Source of the DNA: Candidatus Bathyarchaeota archaeon
GTDB lineage: Archaea > Thermoproteota > Bathyarchaeia > Hecatellales > Hecatellaceae
Reading direction: 5' to 3'
DNA length: 64,000 nt
Assembly: GCA_052246995.1 (NCBI GenBank)
Contig: JBQPWD010000004.1
Coordinates: 137,985-201,984 of the forward strand
Numbering within the stretch: the first letter of the stretch is position 1; every line of letters begins with the position of its first letter. The notes below the pieces were generated by a model. The model ran no database searches, was not told the origin of the DNA, and was given only the letters and a program-made list of their open reading frames with translations. This document shows positions 37,829 through 47,253 of the stretch, in pieces. Both the position numbers and the translations under genes were made by a program.

Positions 37829-38995
37829 ATGGGAAGTATAAAGGATAGAGTTGCGATAATAGGGACAGGAGTTACAAGGTTTGGGGAGTTATGGGAAAAA
37901 GACCAAGAAGATTTGCTTGTAGAGGCTGTTTACGAAGCCGTTAATGAAGCAAATGTAGACCTTAAAAGAGATGTTGAAGCTATATGGGTTGCAAACCAAT
38001 ATCATTTTACAGGAATGTCAGGTGCAACTTTTTCAGATTCGCTAAAAGTTTTCGGCAAACCTGTTACAAGAGTTGAAAACTTTTGTGCTTCAGGTATGGA
38101 TGCTGTTAGAAATGCTGCTTATGCCGTTGCATCAGGAGTATATGACATTGTAATCGCTTGTGGTGTTGAGAAGATTTTAGATTATGGTGGAAGAGGATTA
38201 CCCTCAACTGGCGGCGAACTTCATCCAGTAATGGGTTTATCATCTGCACCTGCAATGTTTGCTTTAGCTGCAAACAGGGCTTTTAAGGTTTGGGGGTGGA
38301 CTAGGGAGGACCTTGCACGAGTTGCTGTTAAAAACCATTATAATGGTGCACGACACCCTAAAGCTCACTTTAGAAGAGAAATAAACATTGAAACAGCTTT
38401 AAGAGCACCTATGATAGCTTACCCATTAGGCTTGTATGACTGTTGTGCAATGTCTGATGGGGCTGCTGCTGTTATTTTAACTAGACCTGAAATAGCTAAA
38501 AAATACGTTGGAGATAATTATGCAGTAATTAAAGCTTTAGGTATGGCTGTTGAAACCCTAGGGCCATGGTACAGGCCTGGTGAAAGCTTCTTAAGCTTTC
38601 CTGCAAATGTGAAGGCTGCTACTGCAGCATATAAGGAAGCGGGTATAGAAGATCCACGTAAAGAATTAGATTTTGGAATTGTTCATGATTGCTTTACCAT
38701 TACTGAGCTTATAAATTATCAAGATATGAAGTTGTGCAAACTTGGTGAGGCTGCAAGCCTTATACGTGAGGGGGTTACAGCAATAGATGGAGATTTTCCG
38801 ATAAATCCTGATGGAGGCTTAAAATGTTTTGGTCACCCTATTGGGGCTACTGGTTGTAGAATGACTGTTGAACTTACAAGACAGGTGCTTGGTAGAGCTG
38901 AAGGGTTACAGGTTAAAAATGCTGAAGCGGGATTTGCTCATAACCTTGGTGGAGCATACACTGTGGCAACAGTACTTATTGTTGGAAGAAGATAA
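37829..38995 (+). CDS. thiolase (archaeal/SCP2-type acetyl-CoA acyltransferase)
   Basis: 'RVENFCASG' catalytic Cys, 'HDCFT', 'GHPIGATG', 'HNLGG'. Confidence 0.9.
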   Translation: MGSIKDRVAIIGTGVTRFGELWEKDQEDLLVEAVYEAVNEANVDLKRDVEAIWVANQYHFTGMSGATFSDSLKVFGKPVTRVENFCASGMDAVRNAAYAVASGVYDIVIACGVEKILDYGGRGLPSTGGELHPVMGLSSAPAMFALAANRAFKVWGWTREDLARVAVKNHYNGARHPKAHFRREINIETALRAPMIAYPLGLYDCCAMSDGAAAVILTRPEIAKKYVGDNYAVIKALGMAVETLGPWYRPGESFLSFPANVKAATAAYKEAGIEDPRKELDFGIVHDCFTITELINYQDMKLCKLGEAASLIREGVTAIDGDFPINPDGGLKCFGHPIGATGCRMTVELTRQVLGRAEGLQVKNAEAGFAHNLGGAYTVATVLIVGRR

Positions 38996-39096
38996 ACTTT
39001 TTAATTTAAACCCTAATTTTTTATTAGACTTCATCTACGTTATACTTACATGCAGGTTTATTAAATTTTGGCTTAATCTGTGGAGGTTTTAATTTT

Positions 39097-39852
39097 TTGC
39101 TTCAACTGGAAGACCTAACAGTCAGTGTTAATGGTAAGGTTTTGATTAAAGACTTTAGCTTACATATTGAGAAAGGAGAAGTTCATGTGATTTTTGGACC
39201 TAACGGTGTTGGTAAAAGTACAATTGTTTATGCTATTCTTGGCTTTCCAGGTTATAAGATTGTTAAGGGTAGGATTATTTTTAAGGATAAAGATATAACA
39301 AACATTCCAACCTATGAACGTGTAAAAATGGGGATTGGTGTTGCATTTCAACATCCACCAAAAATTAAAGGATTAAAGCTTGTAGACATGGTAAACATCT
39401 GTGCCAATAAGATTGGTGAGGAGGTTGATGAAAACATCTTAAGGCTTGTTGATGAATTAAAAATTCCTAGAGTTTTTCTTCAAAGGGATTTTAATGTTGG
39501 CTTTTCTGGTGGGGAAATAAAGAAAAATGAGATTTTACAGTTAGTGATTCAAAACCCTGATTTTATAATTCTTGATGAACCTGATTCTGGTGTTGATATT
39601 GAAAATATAGGTTTAATTGGGGGAATAATAAGCAAACTGCTTGAAAGAAACTTGATACCAAGTTTAAGAAGAAAAGCTGGATTACTAATAACCCATTCTG
39701 GGCATATTTTAAGGTTTGTCAAAGTTGATAGAGCTCATGTTCTACTTAATGGTAGAAAAGCTTGTTCTGGAGAACCTGAAGAAATACTAAAAAACATTAT
39801 GGAAAGAGGCTATGAAGAGTGTGTAAAAAAATGCCAGATAGAGGAAAGTTAA
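39097..39852 (+). CDS. sufC: Fe-S assembly ATPase SufC/SmsC
   Basis: GPNGVGKST, 'NVGFSGGE', 'LDEPDSGVD', C-terminal CxxxC (CVKKC). Confidence 0.93.
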   Translation: MLQLEDLTVSVNGKVLIKDFSLHIEKGEVHVIFGPNGVGKSTIVYAILGFPGYKIVKGRIIFKDKDITNIPTYERVKMGIGVAFQHPPKIKGLKLVDMVNICANKIGEEVDENILRLVDELKIPRVFLQRDFNVGFSGGEIKKNEILQLVIQNPDFIILDEPDSGVDIENIGLIGGIISKLLERNLIPSLRRKAGLLITHSGHILRFVKVDRAHVLLNGRKACSGEPEEILKNIMERGYEECVKKCQIEES

Positions 39853-40994
39853 GGAACAATACGGAAAGTAGAAAAGATGATTCTGCATCCTCGTTAAAGG
39901 ATATACCTGAGCAGTTTAAAGATAAACTTAAATCTGTTGGTTTTAGTTTTAATGAGGATGAAAGGTCAGGGTCTTATGTTCAATTTGACCATACACCTCT
40001 ATTTTCAAGGTCAAAAATTGGTGGTGTTGAAGTTTTAAGCATAACTGAAGCTTTAGAAAGGTATGAGGGACTTAAAGATTATTGGTGGAAAGTTTTACCT
40101 TCAAATTTGGATGAATATACACGTCTAGCTGATGAAAAGTTAACCCATGGATACTTTATAAGGGTTAAGCCAAAAACGAGAATAATACTTCCAGTTCAAG
40201 CATGCCTTTTCATATCTAAACCTAAAATTTCTCAGCATGTCCACAACATAATAATAGCTGAAGAGGGGTCAGAGCTTCACATAATCACAGGATGCGCCAC
40301 AGCTACCCATGTAACGTCAGCTTTGCATGTAGGTGTTTCAGAGTTTTACATTAAAAAAGGTGCAAAAGTAACTTTTACAATGGTTCACAACTGGGGTAAA
40401 GAGGTTGAAGTTAGACCTAGAACAGGAGTGCTGGTAGAGGATGATTCGTCATTTATAAGTAATTATGTTTGCTTAGGACCTGTAAAAAGTCTTCAAACAT
40501 ATCCTACAGCCTATTGTGTTGGAGAAAATGGTAAGATAACATTTCAATCTGTACTTTTAGCTTCAGAAAACTCTGTTATGGATGTTGGTTCAAGAGTTTA
40601 TCTTAAAGCCAGAAATAGTAGAGCAAACATAATTTCCAGAGCTGTTGCAAAAGGTTATGGTGAAATTTATGCTAGGGGACATCTTATAGGGGAAAGTTCT
40701 GGTGTTAAGGGACATTTAGAATGTAGAGGAATAATACTTTCAGATACGGCAAAAATTCATGCAATACCTGAGCTTGAAGCAAAAGCTAAAGATGTAAACT
40801 TAACACATGAAGCCGCTGTTGGAAAGATTGCTGAAGAAGAAATACTGTACCTTACAGCTAGGGGATTAACTCCTGACGAAGCCACAACGGTTCTTATAGG
40901 CGGGTTTTTAAGACTTAACCTTGAAGATTTACCTCAAGAGTTAAGATTTGAAGTTTCGGGAATGATGAAAACCCTTATTGAAAAAGCTTTCTAA
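39819..40994 (+). CDS. sufB: Fe-S assembly scaffold SufB/SmsB
   Basis: 'LPVQAC', 'HIITGC', 'GHLECRG', 'THEAAVGKI..YLTARG'. Confidence 0.93.
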   Translation: MCKKMPDRGKLRNNTESRKDDSASSLKDIPEQFKDKLKSVGFSFNEDERSGSYVQFDHTPLFSRSKIGGVEVLSITEALERYEGLKDYWWKVLPSNLDEYTRLADEKLTHGYFIRVKPKTRIILPVQACLFISKPKISQHVHNIIIAEEGSELHIITGCATATHVTSALHVGVSEFYIKKGAKVTFTMVHNWGKEVEVRPRTGVLVEDDSSFISNYVCLGPVKSLQTYPTAYCVGENGKITFQSVLLASENSVMDVGSRVYLKARNSRANIISRAVAKGYGEIYARGHLIGESSGVKGHLECRGIILSDTAKIHAIPELEAKAKDVNLTHEAAVGKIAEEEILYLTARGLTPDEATTVLIGGFLRLNLEDLPQELRFEVSGMMKTLIEKAF

Positions 40995-41002
40995 AACTTA
41001 CT

Positions 41003-42463
41003 TTATGTAGTTTGTCTAAATTTACGTTTCCAATAATCTACAAGCCTTTTTAAAGCCTTTGCAGCTCTATCAGGTGTTGGAAAAACCGGTATACCTTCTT
41101 CCACCAGTTTTCTTCTAAACTTACCAATACTTTTCCACTTCCATCTTTTAAGTTCATCTTCATCAACTTCACCTACACCAACAACCGCAATAACTGGTTT
41201 ACCATCTCTTTTTAACTTTATGATGTCTTTAACATGTTCCCCAGCCCATAAATCCCAAATCTCACCAGGTAAAGGGTCGTCTTCAGTTAGGTTGGCAACA
41301 TACAAATCAGCTTTACAAGCTTCGCCAGCGATTTTTAATAGTTCAAAAGGAGATATTGGAGAATCTTGAAGAATTGAAACATCTATGGGATTTTTAAGCC
41401 AATTCCAGATGATTGGTGCAATTTTTTTAAGTTTTTCTCTAACCTGTAAAGGTAGGTCTGGAAGCTCAAAACCTTCCTCCTCCCATATATCTGCTGAAAG
41501 CACGCTTTTACCTCCACCACCGCCAGCAATAAAGACTTTTTTACCTGTTACTGGTGGGAGAAAGCTGAAGGCAACAACCTGGTCTACAAGCTCATGAAGA
41601 GTTTGAACTTCAACAACGTTATATTGTTTAAAAATAGCTCTCCAGATACTCATTGAGCCGGCGATTGAGGCGGTGTGAGATAGAGTTGATAATGTTCCTG
41701 CTTTACTTCTACCACCTTTAAGCACAACAATAGGCTTTCTTCTTGCGGCGTAAGCTAAAGCATCTATAAACTTTTTTCCGTTTTTAACTCCTTCAACATA
41801 AAAGGCAATAATTTTTGTTTTAGGGTCTTGTGCAAAGTAATATAAAAGTTCAGACTCATCTATATCTAACGCGTTACCGTAACTTACAACCTTGGTAAAG
41901 CGTAATCCTCTTAAAGCACCATAACGTACAAACTCGCTTGATGCTCCACCACTCTGAAAAATTCCTCCAACAAAACCTTCCTCTCTTGGAAATTCATAAT
42001 TGAACGATAAACCAATTTTTGGGTTGTAAAGACCCATACAATTTGGACCTAAGATTCTAACACCAAAACTTCTAGCTTTTTTTAATATCTCTTCTTCAAG
42101 CTTAATTCCATCTTCCCTTCCTGTTTCCCTCATTCTAGCGGTAAAAAGATGTAAAAGTTTAACGTTTTTAATGTGGCATTCCTCAAGAAGGCTTAAAACT
42201 TTTTCAGCTGAAATACAAGAGATAACATAGTCTATACCTAGCTCGGGAACATCTTTAAGCCTCGGGTAAACTTTAAGCCCGAAAATTTCATTAAGATTTG
42301 GATTTACTGGAAAAATTTTTCCTGGAAAACCATAATCTAGAAGATGACGGGTATAATGGTATCCTGCGGAAGTAGGGTTTAATGAAGCACCAATGATGGC
42401 AACAGAACTAGGGTTAAAAAGCTTGTCAAGCTTATAGAATTTTTCCTCTAAACTTTCCATCAA
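41003..42463 (-). CDS. ADP-forming acyl-CoA synthetase alpha subunit (second paralog)
   Basis: 'SVAIIGAS', 'ILGPNCMG', 'SYGN', 'LSHTASIAG'. Confidence 0.87.
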   Translation of the reverse strand: MMESLEEKFYKLDKLFNPSSVAIIGASLNPTSAGYHYTRHLLDYGFPGKIFPVNPNLNEIFGLKVYPRLKDVPELGIDYVISCISAEKVLSLLEECHIKNVKLLHLFTARMRETGREDGIKLEEEILKKARSFGVRILGPNCMGLYNPKIGLSFNYEFPREEGFVGGIFQSGGASSEFVRYGALRGLRFTKVVSYGNALDIDESELLYYFAQDPKTKIIAFYVEGVKNGKKFIDALAYAARRKPIVVLKGGRSKAGTLSTLSHTASIAGSMSIWRAIFKQYNVVEVQTLHELVDQVVAFSFLPPVTGKKVFIAGGGGGKSVLSADIWEEEGFELPDLPLQVREKLKKIAPIIWNWLKNPIDVSILQDSPISPFELLKIAGEACKADLYVANLTEDDPLPGEIWDLWAGEHVKDIIKLKRDGKPVIAVVGVGEVDEDELKRWKWKSIGKFRRKLVEEGIPVFPTPDRAAKALKRLVDYWKRKFRQTT

Positions 42464-42563
42464 AACTACAACCCTATAAAGTGTTTTAGTTCTCTTTTAA
42501 AAGCTAATTAACCAGTGTTTAAAAGTTTTAAGGTTAAAAATGGGTGTTTAAGAACAATAAACT

Positions 42564-43370
42564 TTAGGTTACTGGTGTTCTGTAAAATTTAAGCTTTCCA
42601 AATTGCCAGTCACGTAAAACTGTTTTTGCAGCTTCATCCACATTTACCTCTCCACCCTTAACCAGAAAACCTCTTCTAGCTGCAAGCAGCTCTAAAAATT
42701 TGTATGGTTCTTCAGCCTCAACACCATAAGTTTCCCTTAGTACATTGGGCATTAAGCTTAAAACCTCCTCTAGAAATTTTAAGGCGGGGGTGACTGGGTT
42801 TTTAAGTTTTTCGGGAGGTATAAATCCTCTAACAACAAGCTCATAACTACCTAACTTTTTCGTTAATGGTAGAACTCCAGGAGTATCTACGATGAATAAG
42901 TTTTTATCAATTTTTACAAGTTTTTCTCCTTTGGTGAAACCTGGTATTGGGGAGGTTTCAGCAACATAGTAACCTTTTAAGCCGTTTATTATTGTTGATT
43001 TTCCAACATTAGGGTAGCCAACCACAGCAACAATCACAAGTTTTTCCTTGACCAGGCTTTTAACGTAATTTTTAAGTTTTCGGATATCATGGATGTTTTT
43101 AGCATTAACAGCAACAACATTATAACCGTTTAAACAAAAAAAATTAACCCATCTTTCAACAACATCCCTAGGTACAAGGTCAGTTTTACTTAAAACTAGT
43201 ACAAGCTTTTTACCAAGACTTTTAGCCAACTTTTCTAATTCTAAGCTTCTAGTATCTAAAGGATTTCTGGAGTCTAAAACTTCCAAAACAATGTTAGCCT
43301 TTTCCAAAACCTTTTTAACCCTAAACCATGTAGCTTTCCCTTTAGTTTTAAGCCTAAACTTTATAGTCAT
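42564..43370 (-). CDS. circularly permuted ribosome-biogenesis GTPase (RbgA/YlqF family)
   Basis: 'VLDSRNP', G4 'SKTD' precedes G1 'GYPNVGKS', G2 'PGFT', G3 'DTPG'. Confidence 0.92.
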   Translation of the reverse strand: MTIKFRLKTKGKATWFRVKKVLEKANIVLEVLDSRNPLDTRSLELEKLAKSLGKKLVLVLSKTDLVPRDVVERWVNFFCLNGYNVVAVNAKNIHDIRKLKNYVKSLVKEKLVIVAVVGYPNVGKSTIINGLKGYYVAETSPIPGFTKGEKLVKIDKNLFIVDTPGVLPLTKKLGSYELVVRGFIPPEKLKNPVTPALKFLEEVLSLMPNVLRETYGVEAEEPYKFLELLAARRGFLVKGGEVNVDEAAKTVLRDWQFGKLKFYRTPVT

Positions 43371-43468
43371 AGTTTATCAACCAGATTTTACCGTTTTATG
43401 TAAAAACTTAGAAAACGTTTAAAAAGTCAGCATGAATACGGAATCTTTAATTTATGTAAACTTAATGT

Positions 43469-43621
43469 TCAGTAGAGTTTAAATTCATGTCCACATTTTG
43501 GACATTTTGCCATGTTACATTGCACAAGTGATGGACAACTACCACATGCAAACGTACGTCCATATGAAACATCAAACCTGAAGCCGCAACTTGGACAGGT
43601 TAAAAGATTCCGTTTACCCAC
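43469..43621 (-). CDS. 50-aa Cys-rich microprotein (not in ORF track)
   Basis: GTG start after GAGGTG SD; MGKRNLLTCPSCGFRFDVSYGRTFACGSCPSLVQCNMAKCPKCGHEFKLY*. Confidence 0.8.
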   Translation of the reverse strand: MGKRNLLTCPSCGFRFDVSYGRTFACGSCPSLVQCNMAKCPKCGHEFKLY

Positions 43622-43841
43622 TAATTACACCTCATATTCAGAAATTTTTCTAGTATTTGATGTTAAGATTAGTTTAGATATAAGCTTGACTTTGACTTTT
43701 TGACGCTACAAGTTTAAGGCTACATCAAGGATACCAAGTTTTGCCTATGTTGGAGGTTGTATTTTTATGTATACTCTAATTGTGAAAGTAATCCTTAGAA
43801 AAACTTTAAGATATTGACACAAGTTAAAAAAAGGTTTAAGT

Positions 43842-44276
43842 TTAAAGTTTAAAGGTTTTACCCATTTCAGGTCCAGGTGTGCAAACCTTATACTCTAAAG
43901 GTATTAATGTGTATACGGCTCTTGGTTTAATACCTAAAAATTGCATTATAACACTTGAAACTTGGTCAAATAATGGACCAGATGTATGTTTTTCACCTAC
44001 TTTACACCTAACACTATAACCTTTAAAGGTCTTTTTTTGCATGTTACTAATTACAGCAATTGCTGTAGCTGTAAGCCCCTTCTCTTTCATGTATCTTAAA
44101 CGTTCAGTCTTTCCACTGGCAAACAATTCAGCAAAAACAAGTGAGGAGCCGTCAGGTGAAGCTGAAAGTGAACCTACAGGAGATAGGTGACAAACACCAT
44201 CTTTATCAACTGTTGCAAGGACTTTAACACTAGTTAAATCGTTAAATGTTTCAACAACTTCTTTTGGAAGAGGCAT
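43842..44276 (-). CDS. pyridoxamine 5'-phosphate oxidase-like (split-barrel flavin-binding) protein
   Basis: 'VLATVDKDG.CHLSPVGS', 'VFAELF..GKT'. Confidence 0.7.
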   Translation of the reverse strand: MPLPKEVVETFNDLTSVKVLATVDKDGVCHLSPVGSLSASPDGSSLVFAELFASGKTERLRYMKEKGLTATAIAVISNMQKKTFKGYSVRCKVGEKHTSGPLFDQVSSVIMQFLGIKPRAVYTLIPLEYKVCTPGPEMGKTFKL

Positions 44277-44432
44277 AAGTCATCAAAAGGAAGGTTAAAA
44301 GTTTAAGGTTTAAAAGCTTTGCGAACATGTTAAAATTGGCATAGGGCGTAAAGTTTTGGTTGGCAGTGTTTTAAGGTCTAAGCTTAAATATACTCCATTT
44401 TACCTTATTTTTAGGCTTGATGGAGGATTTGT

Positions 44433-45053
44433 ATGTCATCCGAGTATAACTACCTTATACCTGTAGAAAACCTTATGGTTTCAGGTATTCAAATAGGAAC
44501 TAGAATTAAGACTAAAGATATGGAGCCATACATTTATAAGGTTAGGTCGGATGGTTTATTCATTATTGATACAAGAAAAACCGATGAAAGAATTAGAATT
44601 GCTGCAAAGTTTTTGTCAAACTTTCCGCCTGAAAGAATTGTTGTTGTTTCCTTCAGACTTTATGGACAACAACCTGTAAAAAAGTTTTGTGAAGTTACAG
44701 GTGCAATACCTATTGTTGGAAGGTTTCCACCTGGAGCATTTACAAACCCGTTATGTCCAAGCTACGTTGAACCTCAAGTTGTAGTTGTTACCGACCCTGC
44801 AGCTGATGAGCAAGCATTAATAGAAGCTGCAAAGATTGGTTTGCCTGTTGTAGCTTTATGTGATACTGATAACACGTTTAAAAATATAGATTTGATTATA
44901 CCTACCAACAATAAGGGTAGAAAAGCTTTGGCAATGGTTTACTGGCTTTTAGCTCAACAATTTTTAAGGGAAAAAGGGGCTATACCTCCAGATGCAACTT
45001 TACAAACTTCTGTTGAAGAGTTTGAGGCAAAACTTGCATCACCACAAACTTAG
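44433..45053 (+). CDS. rps2: 30S ribosomal protein S2
   Basis: 'GIQIGT', 'GRFPPGAFTNP', 'CDTDN', 'PTNNKGRKAL'. Confidence 0.97.
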   Translation: MSSEYNYLIPVENLMVSGIQIGTRIKTKDMEPYIYKVRSDGLFIIDTRKTDERIRIAAKFLSNFPPERIVVVSFRLYGQQPVKKFCEVTGAIPIVGRFPPGAFTNPLCPSYVEPQVVVVTDPAADEQALIEAAKIGLPVVALCDTDNTFKNIDLIIPTNNKGRKALAMVYWLLAQQFLREKGAIPPDATLQTSVEEFEAKLASPQT

Positions 45054-45070
45054 GTTTACATTTTCAGAGG

Positions 45071-45940
45071 TTGAAGTTGTTGAAAGTTAGGCTTCCTAGA
45101 AATGCAGGCTCATGGTATGCTGGTTCAAGTCAAGCGTTAAAAAGACAAATTGAGGAGGAATGTTTTCTTCATTTTCTTGGTCCTGGAAAAATTCCACGTT
45201 TAAACGTTAAAGGTGGGAGAAGTATTGTTGGGCTGCTTTGTCCTCATGCAGGCTACATGTATTCTGGACCTGTTGCGGCTCACTCATATCATGCTTTAGC
45301 TGAGGATGGTAAACCTAAAACTGTTGTAATTCTAGGTCCAAACCATTATGGTTTTGGTAGTGGAGTTTCAATAATGGTTGAAGGGGTTTGGAGAACCCCT
45401 TTTGCTGATGTTGTAATAAATTCTCAAATTGCAAGGGATATTCAGGCAGAATCAAGGTATGTAGATATTGATGAGCAGGCGCATCTTTATGAACATTCAA
45501 TTGAACTTCAACTACCATTTTTACAGTATGTGTTAGATGGAGATTTTGACTTTGTTCCAATATCAATGATGCTTCAAGATTTTGAAGTATCTGTTGATGT
45601 TGGTAAGGCTATAGGTAAAGTTTTAAAAAGTAGGATGGTTGATGCGGTTATTATTGCTTCAAGCGACTTAACCCACTATGAAACTCAAAAAAATGCTGAA
45701 AAAAAAGATTTAATGGTTGTTGAATCCATCAAAAAACTTGATGAAAAAGAACTTTATTTCAATGTTGAAAAATACAATATTTCGATGTGTGGGGTAGGGC
45801 CAACAGTGGCAATGCTTACCGCGTCAAAAATTTTAGGTGCAAAAAATGCTAAACTTCTTAAATATGCAACATCAGGAGACGTTACTGGAGATAGGAGTAG
45901 TGTTGTAGGTTATTGTGCAATGAGTATAGTTAAAAGCTAA
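45071..45940 (+). CDS. MEMO1-family protein (AmmeMemoRadiSam protein B)
   Basis: 'AGSWY', 'PHAGYMYSG', 'LGPNH', 'EHSIELQLPFL', 'SSDLTHY'. Confidence 0.93.
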   Translation: MKLLKVRLPRNAGSWYAGSSQALKRQIEEECFLHFLGPGKIPRLNVKGGRSIVGLLCPHAGYMYSGPVAAHSYHALAEDGKPKTVVILGPNHYGFGSGVSIMVEGVWRTPFADVVINSQIARDIQAESRYVDIDEQAHLYEHSIELQLPFLQYVLDGDFDFVPISMMLQDFEVSVDVGKAIGKVLKSRMVDAVIIASSDLTHYETQKNAEKKDLMVVESIKKLDEKELYFNVEKYNISMCGVGPTVAMLTASKILGAKNAKLLKYATSGDVTGDRSSVVGYCAMSIVKS

Positions 45941-47049
45941 ACTTTAAAACCTCTTCTAGCATATTCTTCAACGTTAAACCCCCTATTTTTAAGCCACTCA
46001 AAAGTCTTACCTAAAATAACTACAGGTGCTTTTTTAAGCTCATCTACCGACTTTTTACCAGCTAATAGCATTGATGTTTTTAACTCTTCACATATAACTG
46101 TAAGATGCCAAACAACAGCACTTACACTTTTAAATGCAGGTTTTAAAAGTGGAGAAGCTACACCTGTAAGTTGAGCTCCCAAAGCTAAAGACTTGGCAAC
46201 ATCAACACCACTTCTAATTCCACCTGTTGCTATAACAGGTAGCTTAGTAGATTTTACAGTTTCAACCAAGCTTACAGCGGTTGGGATACCCCAATCTAAA
46301 AATGTTAAACATAAAGCTTGTTTAATCTTTTTTTCAACACCTCTAGCCCTATAATACTCTACGGCAGCCCAGCTTATACCTCCTCCACCACCAATATCGA
46401 TACAATCGACACCTGCTTCTTCAAGCTTTTTAGCAGTTTCAGCAGAAATACCTGAACCAGTTTCTTTAACAATGATTGGAATGTTAAGAGATTTTTTAAG
46501 TTCACTAATTTTTCTAAAAACACCGTTAAACATAGCTTCCCCCTCAACCTGTAATGCTTCATGAAGAGGATTTAGATGGATGGCTAAAGCGTTTGCATTA
46601 ACCATTTCAACAATCTTTAATGCTTCATCAACACCATAACCTTTTACAAGCTGGGCAGCACCAATGTTTGCCGCGATAAAGGTGTTAGGCGCCTTTTCTC
46701 TTACAACTTTAAAGGATTCTTTAAGTTTAGGGTTTTCTAAAGCTGCTCTTTGGCTTCCAACACCCATTCCTAAACCAAGTTTCTCGGCAGCCTCAGCTAA
46801 GTTTGAATTTACCCTTAAAGCAGCCTTAACTCCACCTGTCATGGCTGCAATAAAAACTGGGAAGGAAAACTTATGACCAAAAAAAACTGTTGAAGTGTCA
46901 ATTTCTTCCATGTTTAATTCAGGTAAAGCTTCATGAACTAGATATACATCTTCAAAACCTGTAGTAAGCTTTTTTGGTTTAATGTCTCTTGTTAAACATA
47001 TACGTAAATGGTTAACTTTTCTTCTGCTTACTTCTTCTGGTTTAGCCAA
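45937..47049 (-). CDS. fni: type 2 isopentenyl-diphosphate isomerase
   Basis: 'RKVNH', 'AMTGG', 'GVGSQR', 'HLNPLHE', 'VKETG', 'GGIRSG'. Confidence 0.96.
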   Translation of the reverse strand: MAKPEEVSRRKVNHLRICLTRDIKPKKLTTGFEDVYLVHEALPELNMEEIDTSTVFFGHKFSFPVFIAAMTGGVKAALRVNSNLAEAAEKLGLGMGVGSQRAALENPKLKESFKVVREKAPNTFIAANIGAAQLVKGYGVDEALKIVEMVNANALAIHLNPLHEALQVEGEAMFNGVFRKISELKKSLNIPIIVKETGSGISAETAKKLEEAGVDCIDIGGGGGISWAAVEYYRARGVEKKIKQALCLTFLDWGIPTAVSLVETVKSTKLPVIATGGIRSGVDVAKSLALGAQLTGVASPLLKPAFKSVSAVVWHLTVICEELKTSMLLAGKKSVDELKKAPVVILGKTFEWLKNRGFNVEEYARRGFKV

Positions 47050-47253
47050 CCTTTTCCTACACCCCTAAAAAATGTTAAAAACTGTTAAAACTAATTATGA
47101 TGTTACCAGAAGAAAGTTATATATGCTTTAACTTTCTAAACGGGTGTTAAAAAATTCTTTTATTTTCTTGTTTCCTACTTCTTTTAGGATGTAGAAATGT
47201 TGTTAAGACAACTTTAACATAACATTATCTATATAATTTTATGGTGTTCTTGA

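Noticed and set aside
43512-43703. 63-aa plus-strand ORF from the track
   Set aside because: It is the antisense shadow of the Cys-rich microprotein on the minus strand, which has an SD and clear motifs.
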